Source: Acidobacteriota bacterium | GTDB lineage: Bacteria > Acidobacteriota > CAIWXX01 | Direction of reading: 5' to 3' | NCBI GenBank assembly: GCA_040755995.1 | Contig: JBFMAF010000037.1 | Location: 64,001 to 128,000, forward strand | DNA length: 64,000 nt | Part shown: positions 31,503 to 41,566 of the stretch, piece by piece | How positions within the stretch are numbered: position 1 is the first letter of the stretch | Layout: every line of letters starts with the position of its first letter | The notes under the pieces: generated by a model | Database searches by the model: none | What the model saw: only the letters and a program-made list of their open reading frames with translations | What the model was told of the DNA's origin: nothing | Program-made: the position numbers and the translations under genes

Positions 31503-32201
31503 TCAGCCGAGCCTGATCATGCGTCGCTGGATCGCCTCGGCCACCGCATGGGTTCGATCGCGCACGGACATCTTGCTGAGGACGCTGACGACATGCGTCT
31601 TGACGGTGCCCTCGCTGATCGAAAGGATCTCGCCGATCTCCCTGTTGGTGAATCCCTCGGAAATGAGCTGCAGCACCTCCAGCTCGCGCGCACTCAACTC
31701 CGTCGCGCGTTCGCCGGGCCGCGACAGTACCTTCTCCGGCGCCTCGCTGAGGCCGACGTGGGCGGCCCGGATCGCGGCGACAACCTTGTCTCTGCTCGCG
31801 TCCTTGAGGAGATAGCCGACGGCGCCGAGGTCCAGGGCCCTCCGGATGTCCTCCTCCCCATCGTACACTGTAAGGACGATGATGCGCGCTCGCGGGTGCT
31901 CGCGTCGAATGGCTTCCACCGCCGTCCAGCCGTCCATCTCCGGCATGCTGAGATCCATCAGCACGACGTCGGGCAGGTGGGCCCGAAACATCCGTATCGC
32001 CTCCTCGCCCGTGCCCGCTTGCGCGACCACCTCCATGTCGCTCTGCTCCTCGATGGTGGCAACAATGCCCGCCCTCACGATCGGGTGATCGTCCACGACG
32101 AGCAGACGGATGCGCGCAGTTGTTTCACCAGCCGGGGGCGCCGCGGCGCGGCTCCGACCCTCCTCACCGCCGACCCGTTCATCCTCATGATCTCGGTACA
32201 T
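31503..32201 (-). CDS. NarL/LuxR family response regulator (orphan)
   Basis: VVDDHPIVR, DVVLMDL, GYLLK, LSARELEVL...TVKTHV; start uncertain. Confidence 0.92.
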   Translation of the reverse strand: MYRDHEDERVGGEEGRSRAAAPPAGETTARIRLLVVDDHPIVRAGIVATIEEQSDMEVVAQAGTGEEAIRMFRAHLPDVVLMDLSMPEMDGWTAVEAIRREHPRARIIVLTVYDGEEDIRRALDLGAVGYLLKDASRDKVVAAIRAAHVGLSEAPEKVLSRPGERATELSARELEVLQLISEGFTNREIGEILSISEGTVKTHVVSVLSKMSVRDRTHAVAEAIQRRMIRLG

Positions 32202-32414
32202 CGCCCTCACCTCCCGCACCCGCGGCTGCAAACCACACGCGGACTTTCGCGCCATACGGGCCTCGTTCCGCCTGCGTCGAGCCGTCCCAATCTCAATATG
32301 GGCTGCGGAGGTGCGCTGCGCCTCTATCGAACGATAGAGGCGGGTGCGGGCCTCGTCACACCGCGCGTTCAGAAACCAACGGATTGCGGGCCGCGGCCGC
32401 TAATCAGCCGGTGC

Positions 32415-33026
32415 TCAACCTCGGGCCCGCCTCACCGCTATCCTGACTATGGTCTTCAGCCTTTCCGGCGCCGTCCGGCGTGGATCGCTCAGGTAGACTT
32501 CGTGACCCGGGCCGGCGCAGTCGTATCCCCTCTCTGCTGCAGCAGAGACGAGGGCATTGTACGTTTCCCCGAGCTTCTCGTAGGGACCCACATGCAAGAC
32601 CTGGAGCGCCATGCCTTCCTTCCACGAGACACGCCTTACGTCCTTCGTGTCCGTACCTTTCCGTTCAGCCAGAGACTTGCGCGCTGGGGCGAGGTGCGCG
32701 CGCGTGACCTCGTCTGGAATGCGGATCATGAGACGCCATCGCCATTCCGTCATCGGCTTTGTCTTGGGGTCATCGGGCCAAAGGCACTCAAGCGAAGGTA
32801 TTGAGAAATCGATCAGCCCCTCGCGCTTCAACATGAATTTCGCCGTGTAGACGAGCGAGAAGAGCTTCATGATCGCATCCTGGAAACCCTTGCCGCCGGG
32901 CTCGCCGGCCCCGTCCACGGCCAGGTAGGTGCCCTTGCCCGCAGCGACTTCCTGAATCGCGGGCTTAGCGCGGTAAAGTTCCTCGTGCAACTTCCTCAAA
33001 TCGATCGTGCGGACCCTCTTGGCCAT
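32415..33026 (-). CDS. GyrI-like small-molecule-binding domain protein
   Basis: YLAVDGAGEP, LECLW, WRLMIRIP, HVGPY, HEVYLSDPRR. Confidence 0.85.
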   Translation of the reverse strand: MAKRVRTIDLRKLHEELYRAKPAIQEVAAGKGTYLAVDGAGEPGGKGFQDAIMKLFSLVYTAKFMLKREGLIDFSIPSLECLWPDDPKTKPMTEWRWRLMIRIPDEVTRAHLAPARKSLAERKGTDTKDVRRVSWKEGMALQVLHVGPYEKLGETYNALVSAAAERGYDCAGPGHEVYLSDPRRTAPERLKTIVRIAVRRARG

Positions 33027-33437
33027 GTGATCCCCCCGTGAAGATCATGTTGTATCGCTCGCGATTGCGAAAGCTGACCAGCTGCCTTGAGCCGTTGGCC
33101 TGGACATTCCCTGTTCGACTGAGATCCCAGGTCCATGACGCGTTCTTCTGTCTGGGATTGTCGAGACAAGGCACTCTCGAAGTGGAATTACTGCCCTGTG
33201 CTCATTCATCATCAGGTGCGGCCAGTTTGTATCACGGGAGGGTATGAAAGCAAACAGCCAAATTCGGGGCCGAGGCTCCCGCCCCCGCCGGCCGAAGTTG
33301 CCACACAGATCCCCGCTGGTATAATCACGGCAGTGCTGAAAGCGATTGGAGCGGCGGCCTGCGGGCGTGGTCAGAGAATGAAGATCCGCTCTCGCCGTTG
33401 ATGCGCGGTTGGATGAAGAGGTTCGCGGCGCTTGGCT

Positions 33438-34433
33438 ATGCAGTGGCGGCGGCTGATAGTGCTCGGTGAGATACTCGCAGTCGCGGTTGTGGTCGGGGGC
33501 ATAGGACTCGCCACGAAGTCGGTGACCGAGGCGATGCGCGAGCGCCGCACGCCGCCGGGATGGTCCATCATCCGTCCCCCGCGGGACGTCTGCACCCTCG
33601 CGGTGGACGGCAACCAGATCTGGGCAGGCGGCAAGGATGGCATCACCTTGATCGACCGCCGGACTCGGCGTGTGTTGACCGCGCCGCGTGATGCTGCGTC
33701 GCTCAGATACGTCATGGCCCTGCTCCGCACGCGCGACGATTTGATGTGGATCGCTCACGCCGCAGGCATCACACGCGCCCGAAGCGATTCATGGATCCAG
33801 CACGACACGGCCGGCGGTGCGCCGCTGCGTGGCTGCCGCTGCCTTCTCGAGGACGCCGCCGGCACACTGTGGTCCGGGACCGAAGACGGCCTGTTCCGGT
33901 TCGACGGCGCGGGCTGGCAGAGCGTTCGCGTGCCCCCGTTGGCCGACGGCCTCAGCATCGACACGATGCTCGAGGATCGCGACCGCACTCTCTGGATAGG
34001 CTCCGCGTCCCCCGTAAACGGCGGGCTTTTTAGATTCGCCACCGGCACCTGGCACGCATTCCCGGATCGCGCCCAGCTTCCACACCCGGCGGTGAATGCA
34101 ATTGCTCAAGATCTCGACGGCACCATCTGGATCGGAACGGGCTACCTCAATCAAGGCGCGGCCGCATGGTACGACGGCTGCGTCTGGCGGGCGCTGCGAG
34201 CTGCCGATGGGCTCGCAGGCCAGAAGGTCCGCTCCATCTACATCGACCCACAACGGCGTATCCTCTTCGGATTCGAGTATGATGGAATGACCGTGTGCGA
34301 GAATGGTGCGTTCCGACACTACGATGCCGGCGACGGGCTGGCCGGCAAGGAGGTGCGCGCCGTTGTACAAGATCAGGACGGTGTCTACTGGCTCGCCACC
34401 AACAACGGCATCAACCGGATCGAGAAACTCTGA
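33438..34433 (+). CDS. Membrane-anchored beta-propeller (two-component-regulator propeller repeats, no kinase)
   Basis: N-terminal TM; EDAAGTLWSGT, EDRDRTLWIG, QDLDGTIWIGT, DGLAG, QDQDGVYWLATNNG. Confidence 0.85.
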   Translation: MQWRRLIVLGEILAVAVVVGGIGLATKSVTEAMRERRTPPGWSIIRPPRDVCTLAVDGNQIWAGGKDGITLIDRRTRRVLTAPRDAASLRYVMALLRTRDDLMWIAHAAGITRARSDSWIQHDTAGGAPLRGCRCLLEDAAGTLWSGTEDGLFRFDGAGWQSVRVPPLADGLSIDTMLEDRDRTLWIGSASPVNGGLFRFATGTWHAFPDRAQLPHPAVNAIAQDLDGTIWIGTGYLNQGAAAWYDGCVWRALRAADGLAGQKVRSIYIDPQRRILFGFEYDGMTVCENGAFRHYDAGDGLAGKEVRAVVQDQDGVYWLATNNGINRIEKL

Positions 34434-34442
34434 GGCGGTGGA

Positions 34443-36071
34443 ATGACATTCGACGAAGCGCAGCGGCAGCTCGATCTGCTGTTGGCCAGGCTCAAGTCGC
34501 GCAAGCTCGCGCCCCAGCAGTTCGCCCAGGAAGTCGCGCGCCTTCGCGTCGCAGACCAATCGGGAAGATGGTGGCAGCCCGACCCGTCGGGCCGAGGCTG
34601 GCTCTGCTGGAACGGCACCTCATGGCAACCGGCGGCGCCACCCGCGATGCCGGCCCGCGAGGTACCGCGGCCCGATGCGCCGGCGCAGGCGCGCGGGCCT
34701 TCCTCAGCCGCGCAGGAGCCACGCGCCGCGGCGCCGCGAGGCGGCGTGCCTCGACTTGCCATCAGAGGCGAGCCTCTGATGGAGCCGCGCGCCTTTCTCG
34801 ACATGGCCCGGCGGGTCCCGATCAACAAGCGCCCGCAGTCCTGGTGGGACATGCTCTCGATACTCGGAGGTGCGGCCAGCGGATACGTCTGGTTCGTCTA
34901 CGCCAGCATCCGCGGGACGCCATATCCGACATTCATGGCCGAGTTCCTTTCTCAGCATCCCTGGATGGACTTCCTGCCGGCGCTCGTGCTGCTCCTCATC
35001 CCGGTGATTCTCGTGCTGGCCCGCCAGCAGGTGGTCCGCGCGATCTCGCCTCTATGGTCGCGCATGCACCAGGTGCCGCTGTTCGCGAAGTTGGCGATCG
35101 CGGGTGTGGTCTTCATCGTCGTATGGGTAACGACCAACAGGAGCAACCCGCTCTTCAGCCGGCGCGAAGGGCTGGACTACTTCACGCCGATGCTCATGAC
35201 TGCCATTCCGGCCGTGTTGGTGTGGTTCCGCAAGGAGATCGACACGCTGCTCGCGCCGCTTCAGGAGTTCCGCCGAAAAATTCCCAAGGTGGTGCTCGTC
35301 GGAGTCGGGCTTGCGCTGCCCTTTCTCACGGCGTTCTTTCTGTACTACGTTGTTGGGTTCAGCCAGTACCCATTGCTGTGGGCAAATACCGTGATCGCCA
35401 CACTGGGCTCCTACGTGCTCGTCCGCAATCCCATCCTCGCGACATCGGGCGCGGGCCGCCGCCTCCACCCGGGCGCCGCCGTCATCTTCTTCCTCCTTTG
35501 CGTCGCCCCGGCGCTCTCTGCCGACGACTTCCTGCGGGACCCGTTCAACTTCCAGGACGGCCTCAGGACCGACGGCATAGCCCCGATTCTGGCCGGTGTC
35601 TCGACCGCCGTCGTGACGATTCTCGTCAACGGGGTGGAAGTGGCACAGGTGATTCTTCAGACCCCGGGGCCTGTGCCGGAGGGCGAGGAGGCCGTGCACA
35701 AGCGCTTCTCCGTCGTTGTCAACACCATGGACAAGGATGGCGCCAGATCCACGACGGTGAAGGACGAGACCGGAGGTGTCTACGTCTACGCGCATTGCGA
35801 AGAGGCGGGCAAGGGGCGCTTCCCCGCCGGCGATCCGACGATTCAATACGCGCTGCTCGATGCGACCGACTGGGTGACGCTCACCGACATGGGCACGCAG
35901 CATGGCGAACGCTGCGCACACGTGGCTCTCGCGGACCCTGCGCCTCAGAGCGGCGAGCCGCCCACGAGCTGCTCAGTCAGGGTGTCGGCTGGAGTCGGCG
36001 GCGGGCTGATCGCCACGACCATCCAGCTCGCCGTGCAGGCGAAGCCCGATCTGCAGCTCGAGTTCTTCTGA
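34443..36071 (+). CDS. Uncharacterised multi-TM protein with Trp-rich N-terminal and beta-rich C-terminal domains
   Basis: Long ORF 9 nt after the upstream stop; GRWWQ...WLCWNGTSW domain, about 7-8 hydrophobic segments. Confidence 0.8.
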   Translation: MTFDEAQRQLDLLLARLKSRKLAPQQFAQEVARLRVADQSGRWWQPDPSGRGWLCWNGTSWQPAAPPAMPAREVPRPDAPAQARGPSSAAQEPRAAAPRGGVPRLAIRGEPLMEPRAFLDMARRVPINKRPQSWWDMLSILGGAASGYVWFVYASIRGTPYPTFMAEFLSQHPWMDFLPALVLLLIPVILVLARQQVVRAISPLWSRMHQVPLFAKLAIAGVVFIVVWVTTNRSNPLFSRREGLDYFTPMLMTAIPAVLVWFRKEIDTLLAPLQEFRRKIPKVVLVGVGLALPFLTAFFLYYVVGFSQYPLLWANTVIATLGSYVLVRNPILATSGAGRRLHPGAAVIFFLLCVAPALSADDFLRDPFNFQDGLRTDGIAPILAGVSTAVVTILVNGVEVAQVILQTPGPVPEGEEAVHKRFSVVVNTMDKDGARSTTVKDETGGVYVYAHCEEAGKGRFPAGDPTIQYALLDATDWVTLTDMGTQHGERCAHVALADPAPQSGEPPTSCSVRVSAGVGGGLIATTIQLAVQAKPDLQLEFF

Positions 36072-36078
36072 GGCATCG

Positions 36079-39000
36079 ATGGCGAGGAAGAAACGCGGAG
36101 GGCGCTCTTCGAGAAGACCGAGGCCCCCCAAGCCGACGGACCAGGATCAGATCAAGTGGGGCAAGTACACGCTCGTGTACGACCCCGCCGCTGCCGACAC
36201 GGATCCCGTCGAGATCAAGGTGCGGCCCGTGCCGCGCGAGAAAGACGGAAAGGCGCCGGCGCCGAAGATCCTCAAGCTGGCGAAGAAGACGCTGGTCGAG
36301 GATTCGAGGACCCCGGGGGCATTCCCCGTCTTCTCCAAGAACCTCCTGCGCGTGGCCAAGGCCGAGATCAAGGCGGACGAGGCCGGTGACTATGCGTCCA
36401 TCTGGATCGAGCTGAACCGCGCATTCGCGGACCTCGCCAACTTTCTCGGGAAGCAGGGGGAAAAGCCTTTCGAGATTCGCGTGACGCTCTTCGTAGACAT
36501 GACCAGCCTGGTGGGTCCTGCGGCCGGCATGCAGCTGCCGGAAGGCTCGGTGTCGCTGCCCATACCGGGCAACACCACCGTGCGGATCAGGCTTCTCGAG
36601 CCCTGGAAGATCAGCTTCAAGAAACTCAAGTGGGCCGAGCAGGCCGAAGTAGATCTCAACAAACTCCCGGACGTCGACCGTGAGTCTCTGCAGGACCTCA
36701 ACGAGAACGGCGGCGACCTCGACGTAGGGCTCACCGGCATTTTCCGTCCCGATGATCAGACGACCATCGAGACCGAGGGATGCGTGAAGGATGCCGATGT
36801 CAAGCTGCTGCGCCATGGGCAGAAGGATATCCCCGGCGTCTACGACAACGACATGGAGGCGTACGTGTTCAGCATCCCCGCCCCGCCGGGCGGAGACGGT
36901 GGCGGGTGGGCCGACGCAGAGGTCGAGGTGCGGATGGCACCGGAAATCGAGCAGCGGCTCAAGAGGCTCTATGAGAACGCAAAGAAGGTCGACGGCCTGC
37001 TGCAGGGCTCGGTGACGAACGACGCATCCGCTTTCATCGAGAAATGCCTAAACCACCTCGCTGAGAACACCGAGGACTATCTAGTCGACAACGAGTCCAA
37101 GTTCACCAACGCCACCCACGGCGTGACGTACTTCGTCGAGTTCACGTACTTGACGGCAAAGGGTTTCGACACCGCGCTCAGGCTCCATCGCCAGGCCTAC
37201 GACCGGTTCATGGAGAACCTGATCAACGGCATCATGGAAATCCTGTTCTATTTCGGTGACAAGGCCTTCGAGAAGATCGTCTCGCGCCTGCTGAAGACGG
37301 GCAAGGAGGTGGTGGAGCAGGAGATCAAGGCGGAGGCGAAGAGCCTGGCCGAGGTGGCCACGGAGTCGGCCGAACGGACGATCATGTCGAAGAAGCAGGC
37401 GGCCGAGGCCGCGGGCAACCAGTTGACGGCGCAGTGCCGCGAGCTGGCGTCCGAGTCCGACCAGCTCCTGAAGAAGGTCGGCGATACAGTCGAGCTTCTG
37501 GAGGGCCAGCAGAAAGCGATTGCCGAGAAGAAGGCGGCGCAGGAGGCGCTCGGTAGCGAGGTCAAGAGCCTCGAAGAGGCGGCCCAGGGACTCGAGAAGC
37601 AGGCGGGCGATCTGGCCGGCGAGGCGGAGAAGGTGACCAAAGAGATCACCGAAACCGAGGGCCTGAAGGAAGGAGCGCAGCAGGAGAGCGAGAGGCTGGT
37701 GAAGGAGGTCGGGGAGCTGGAAGGCGAGCTGGCCGAGGCCACCGGGAAGCTCGATGCGGCCGATGGCGAGCTGAAGAAGGTGGCAGCAGAGCTCGAAGGG
37801 GCCAACAAAGCGCTCGCGGAGAAACAGGCGGCCAAGCAGACCGCCGATAGCAACGCAACCAAGGCCAGCACCGAGCTGGCAAGCCTCCGCAGCCAGCAGC
37901 GCGACCTCCAGGGCCAGCTGCTCGATCTTGAACGCCAGGAAACACGACTTACTACACTTGTAGAATCCGGGCAGGCCACCAGCGAGGAGATGAAGCAGCT
38001 CGCGGCCATCCAGAAGCAGCGAGACCTGATCGAGGGCCAGTTCGAACAGATGGAGAGCACGATCGAGCGCCAGATCGAGCATCTCGCCGACTGCAAGGCC
38101 GAGCAGAAGAGCCTCCAGGGCGCAATCGACAAGCTCGACGGGCAAGCAGCCGGCCTGAACGCGGACAAGGGGAAGCTGGATCGGCAGGTCTCAGACCTGC
38201 AGGGCGATGTTGCGCGGCGTAAGGATTCCATCGCACAGCAGAAATCGTTGCAGGCGAAGGCCGTCGAGAAGCAGGGAGAGCTCGAGAGGGAGATCGGGAG
38301 GCTGCAGGAGGAGCTCCGGAAGGGAAACGAGAACCTCAAGAACGTCCGCGAGGAGCTGGAGAAGACCGGCGGCACGCTGAAAGACAAGAACAAGACCCTG
38401 GGAGACCTCAAGGACGAGATCCCGAAGCTCCAGCAGCAGGCCGATAACCTGGCGACACAGTTCGAAGGGCAGATGGACGGCTTCATCGATAAGAATCACA
38501 AGCTGCTGGAGACCCTGCCCAAGGCCACCGACAAGCAGGCCGAACAGGAGGCGCTGCAGGCGCAGCTGGAGGTCCTGCAGAAGGTGAGACAGAACGCGCG
38601 GACGATGTCGCAGGAGCAGTTCGACGCGGCCCTCGACGAGGCCATTCGAAACGCCCCCAACCAGGACGAGATGACGCGCAAGGTTCTCGAGACTCTGCGC
38701 GACAAGGCGAATCTCCAGTCCCTCGACAACTGGGAGGAAAGCCTGAAGTACCTCAAGGAGAGCGCGCCCGGCGAAGCCACCGAGCTGACTGACCGCTCCC
38801 TCCAGGCCGTCCAGCGCGCAAAGGAGAAGATCAAGACCGGCCTCGACGACGTCGAGGCGACCCGGAAGTGGCTCACCAAGGAATCCTCCGACGCCGTCAA
38901 GGGGAAGCTGGGCGACCTGACCAAGCAGATGGCCGAGACGATCAAGTACGAAATCGAGGAACGTGCAAAGCAGATACGAAAGGCGTTCGAGGATTTCGCG

Positions 39001-40071
39001 AAGTCGGACTACAGGGCCGTGCCGGCCAAGTACTACGACGATACGGCATGGGGATCCATCTGCGCGTACATCGACTCCGGCCTCGAGAAGCTCAGCGACT
39101 TCTGGAACTGGCTGGTCTCGGGATACAAGGATGCGCGCACACTGCCGTACATAGGCACTGCGCTGAAAGGAGCCGAGACGCTCTTCCTCTACGGCATTAC
39201 GGCCTTCGTCGTGCTCCTCGACATCCTCCTCGCCATGATCTGCAAGGTGTGCGAGGGCATACTGTACGTCGCGAACAGCCCCTCGTTTGCCTATTCACGC
39301 ATCAAAGCCGAGTACAGGAACATGGACGCTTCTGCGTCCGCTCCGATGCCCGCTACGCTCGATGCCGCCTTCTTCAGGTTCTCCAAAGACGCCGTGAAGA
39401 AGGTCGCCGACAAGGTACATCCCAAACAGATCGCGAACCAATCCGGAGGCAAGGCGGCCATCACCGCAGGGATCAAGCAGGAGTTCGCCGGTGCCTACCA
39501 GGAGTACTATGAGCCGCAATGGGAGCGAGCGAAGGCCTACATGCTCGGTCTCTGCGGAGCCCAGGGGGCACTGGACCCCCGCTGGCTTACTGCCGAGGAC
39601 GAGGTCACGAGCTCCAACCGGGCGGCCACGCGCTTGCTGCAGGGCATTCTGGATCCACTGACCCGATACTCTGGATCGTTCGATGCGAGCAAGGACGGAG
39701 CCTTGGTTGCGAGCCTCAGCGCGATGTACAAGAGCGGCGAGTGGACGCCGCAAGACTACGACAGCATGCTCGAGCTCGCAGGCTGGGCCCTGGGATGGGG
39801 CATCAGGCTGGGATCATTCGTGCTGGCCGCAATCCCCGGCGGCGCCGCTCTCATCCCGGGCGCGATGAGCGCAGCGGATTGGAACGACAGGATCTCCGCC
39901 GCGCTCCGAGTCGGCGTCGTCTCGTTCTGGACCATGCCCGAAATCCTCGGCGCACAGTTTGATATCATGTGGACCTACTCGCTCGCCTACCAGGCCGTGT
40001 TCGGCGGCGAGGACGTGGAAGATGCGCTCAAGGAAACACCGGAACCGGCGGGCACCTTCGGTGGGCCATGA
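36079..40071 (+). CDS. Uncharacterised 1330-aa long coiled-coil protein with C-terminal hydrophobic helices
   Basis: Open frame with host-like GC-rich codon use; heptad-rich E/K/Q/A/L region at about 37300-39000. Confidence 0.85.
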   Translation: MARKKRGGRSSRRPRPPKPTDQDQIKWGKYTLVYDPAAADTDPVEIKVRPVPREKDGKAPAPKILKLAKKTLVEDSRTPGAFPVFSKNLLRVAKAEIKADEAGDYASIWIELNRAFADLANFLGKQGEKPFEIRVTLFVDMTSLVGPAAGMQLPEGSVSLPIPGNTTVRIRLLEPWKISFKKLKWAEQAEVDLNKLPDVDRESLQDLNENGGDLDVGLTGIFRPDDQTTIETEGCVKDADVKLLRHGQKDIPGVYDNDMEAYVFSIPAPPGGDGGGWADAEVEVRMAPEIEQRLKRLYENAKKVDGLLQGSVTNDASAFIEKCLNHLAENTEDYLVDNESKFTNATHGVTYFVEFTYLTAKGFDTALRLHRQAYDRFMENLINGIMEILFYFGDKAFEKIVSRLLKTGKEVVEQEIKAEAKSLAEVATESAERTIMSKKQAAEAAGNQLTAQCRELASESDQLLKKVGDTVELLEGQQKAIAEKKAAQEALGSEVKSLEEAAQGLEKQAGDLAGEAEKVTKEITETEGLKEGAQQESERLVKEVGELEGELAEATGKLDAADGELKKVAAELEGANKALAEKQAAKQTADSNATKASTELASLRSQQRDLQGQLLDLERQETRLTTLVESGQATSEEMKQLAAIQKQRDLIEGQFEQMESTIERQIEHLADCKAEQKSLQGAIDKLDGQAAGLNADKGKLDRQVSDLQGDVARRKDSIAQQKSLQAKAVEKQGELEREIGRLQEELRKGNENLKNVREELEKTGGTLKDKNKTLGDLKDEIPKLQQQADNLATQFEGQMDGFIDKNHKLLETLPKATDKQAEQEALQAQLEVLQKVRQNARTMSQEQFDAALDEAIRNAPNQDEMTRKVLETLRDKANLQSLDNWEESLKYLKESAPGEATELTDRSLQAVQRAKEKIKTGLDDVEATRKWLTKESSDAVKGKLGDLTKQMAETIKYEIEERAKQIRKAFEDFAKSDYRAVPAKYYDDTAWGSICAYIDSGLEKLSDFWNWLVSGYKDARTLPYIGTALKGAETLFLYGITAFVVLLDILLAMICKVCEGILYVANSPSFAYSRIKAEYRNMDASASAPMPATLDAAFFRFSKDAVKKVADKVHPKQIANQSGGKAAITAGIKQEFAGAYQEYYEPQWERAKAYMLGLCGAQGALDPRWLTAEDEVTSSNRAATRLLQGILDPLTRYSGSFDASKDGALVASLSAMYKSGEWTPQDYDSMLELAGWALGWGIRLGSFVLAAIPGGAALIPGAMSAADWNDRISAALRVGVVSFWTMPEILGAQFDIMWTYSLAYQAVFGGEDVEDALKETPEPAGTFGGP

Positions 40072-41069
40072 CTGAGTGGAACCCTGAAGCCGCAATCCGT
40101 GACATCCTCGGGGACCTGGGCCGCCTGGACGGCGAGCGCGGGAGCGCCGATGCCGAGATCCGGCGATGGATACAGGTTGGGCGACAGGTCGCTGGCGCGG
40201 CACGCCGCGTCCATGCTCAGGTGGCGCGGGAGCCAGATCGCCGCGCCGGCTGGGAGAAGCAGGCGCAGCTGGGCCGATCGACCCCCGAGAGGCCGGTCGC
40301 GGACGCGCGCGTGTCACAAGCCAAGTGGTTAGTGCGCGTCGAGACCGGCAGCCTTGCGGCCAGACAATTCGAGATCCAGGGCGAATTGCGCATCGGCCGC
40401 GCGCCCGAGAATGAGATCGTCATCGAGGACAACCTTGCTTCCCGCCGGCACGCGTCGATTCGCGCCGTCGCAGGCGCGTGCGAGCTGACGGATCTCGGGA
40501 GCAGCAACGGGACGGTTGTCGGTGAGAACCGGATCCGCGGGACCGTTAGAATCGATGACGGGGGCTCCTTCTCGATCGGTCGAGTCGTCTTCACGGTGGT
40601 CCGCCTGTTCCCGGCGGCGAAGGTGACAGCGAGTCCGGAGCGCCCCGAGCCGGCTCCAGGGCCGTCGCCTGAGCCCGAGGTGACTGCCAAGCCGAGCCAG
40701 GAGAGAGAGTGGTACTACGTCGCCCGCGGAGAGCAGCAAGGGCCGCTGCCGGAGTCGAGCATTCGCGAGCTGCTGAGAGAGAACCGGCTCCCGCCGGATA
40801 CGCTCGTCTGGGCGGAGGGCTGCGAGGGGTGGATGCCGGCTTCGAGCGCCGGGCTCGCAGCGGCGGCCGTGCCCGGGCAGCCCGTCGAGGCGCGCGCGTG
40901 CGCGAAGTGCGGGCGGGCTATGCGAGCTTCCGAGGCCTTCTGCCCCGGCTGCGGCGCGCCTGTGAGGCCTGCTGCCTCGATCGGCGCTCGCGCCTGCGCG
41001 AAGTGCGGCGCCCCACTCGGACCGAGCGCGAAGTTCTGCGCGCGCTGCGGCCAGCGTCACGCCGGATGA
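40068..41069 (+). CDS. FHA + GYF_2 (DUF4339) + double zinc ribbon protein
   Basis: ATGA overlap; IGRAPENEI...ASRRHA...DLGSSNGT; WYYVARGEQQGP...TLVWAEG..GW; two CxxC/FCxxCG. Confidence 0.88.
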   Translation: MTEWNPEAAIRDILGDLGRLDGERGSADAEIRRWIQVGRQVAGAARRVHAQVAREPDRRAGWEKQAQLGRSTPERPVADARVSQAKWLVRVETGSLAARQFEIQGELRIGRAPENEIVIEDNLASRRHASIRAVAGACELTDLGSSNGTVVGENRIRGTVRIDDGGSFSIGRVVFTVVRLFPAAKVTASPERPEPAPGPSPEPEVTAKPSQEREWYYVARGEQQGPLPESSIRELLRENRLPPDTLVWAEGCEGWMPASSAGLAAAAVPGQPVEARACAKCGRAMRASEAFCPGCGAPVRPAASIGARACAKCGAPLGPSAKFCARCGQRHAG

Positions 41070-41566
41070 TCTACGCCGGCAGCCGCACTTCACGCGAGGG
41101 CTCTGTACGGGTCCAGTCATGGCGTGTGATCGACATCATCTTGGCCAATGGGTAGGGCAGTACCTGCTCCGCCCACCGTGTTCAGTGTTGGGACGCGGGA
41201 GACCAGGGCCCTGTCCAGCTTGACCCGCAGCACGTGAGAAACACACTCCGATTACGACATTGCGACATTGCGGTAGGTTTCTTGACATCAGCTTTCGAGT
41301 TGGACTATGTTCCCCAATATACGAATTCGGCTTCGCTATGCGGCGCGTTTACATCTTGCCTCCAGGAGAGCTCCGAGATCTATCAAGGGGCGAGATGGGG
41401 CAGGCTAGATTGCATCGCATCCTGATATCATCCAGGTCCCGAATCGGGCCGAAACCTCGATTCCCTGTGACCTTTCCTGGCATGGGCAGAGGGAGCTGGC
41501 GACTGAGCCAGTTCGACGATGATTTGGCCTATTTCGGCCAATTCGGCCGTGTGAGGAGGTTCCGTC

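Noticed and set aside
33333..33401. Leader peptide before the propeller operon
   Set aside because: 22-codon ORF after TATAAT, but no attenuator structure or diagnostic codon run
34295..36415. Long alternative-frame and antisense ORFs (also 8838-10928, 16002-17996, 50152-51852)
   Set aside because: Shadow ORFs of high-GC genes with no motifs, overlapping better-supported CDSs
36079..40071. SMC/chromosome segregation protein
   Set aside because: No Walker A/B, signature motif or hinge
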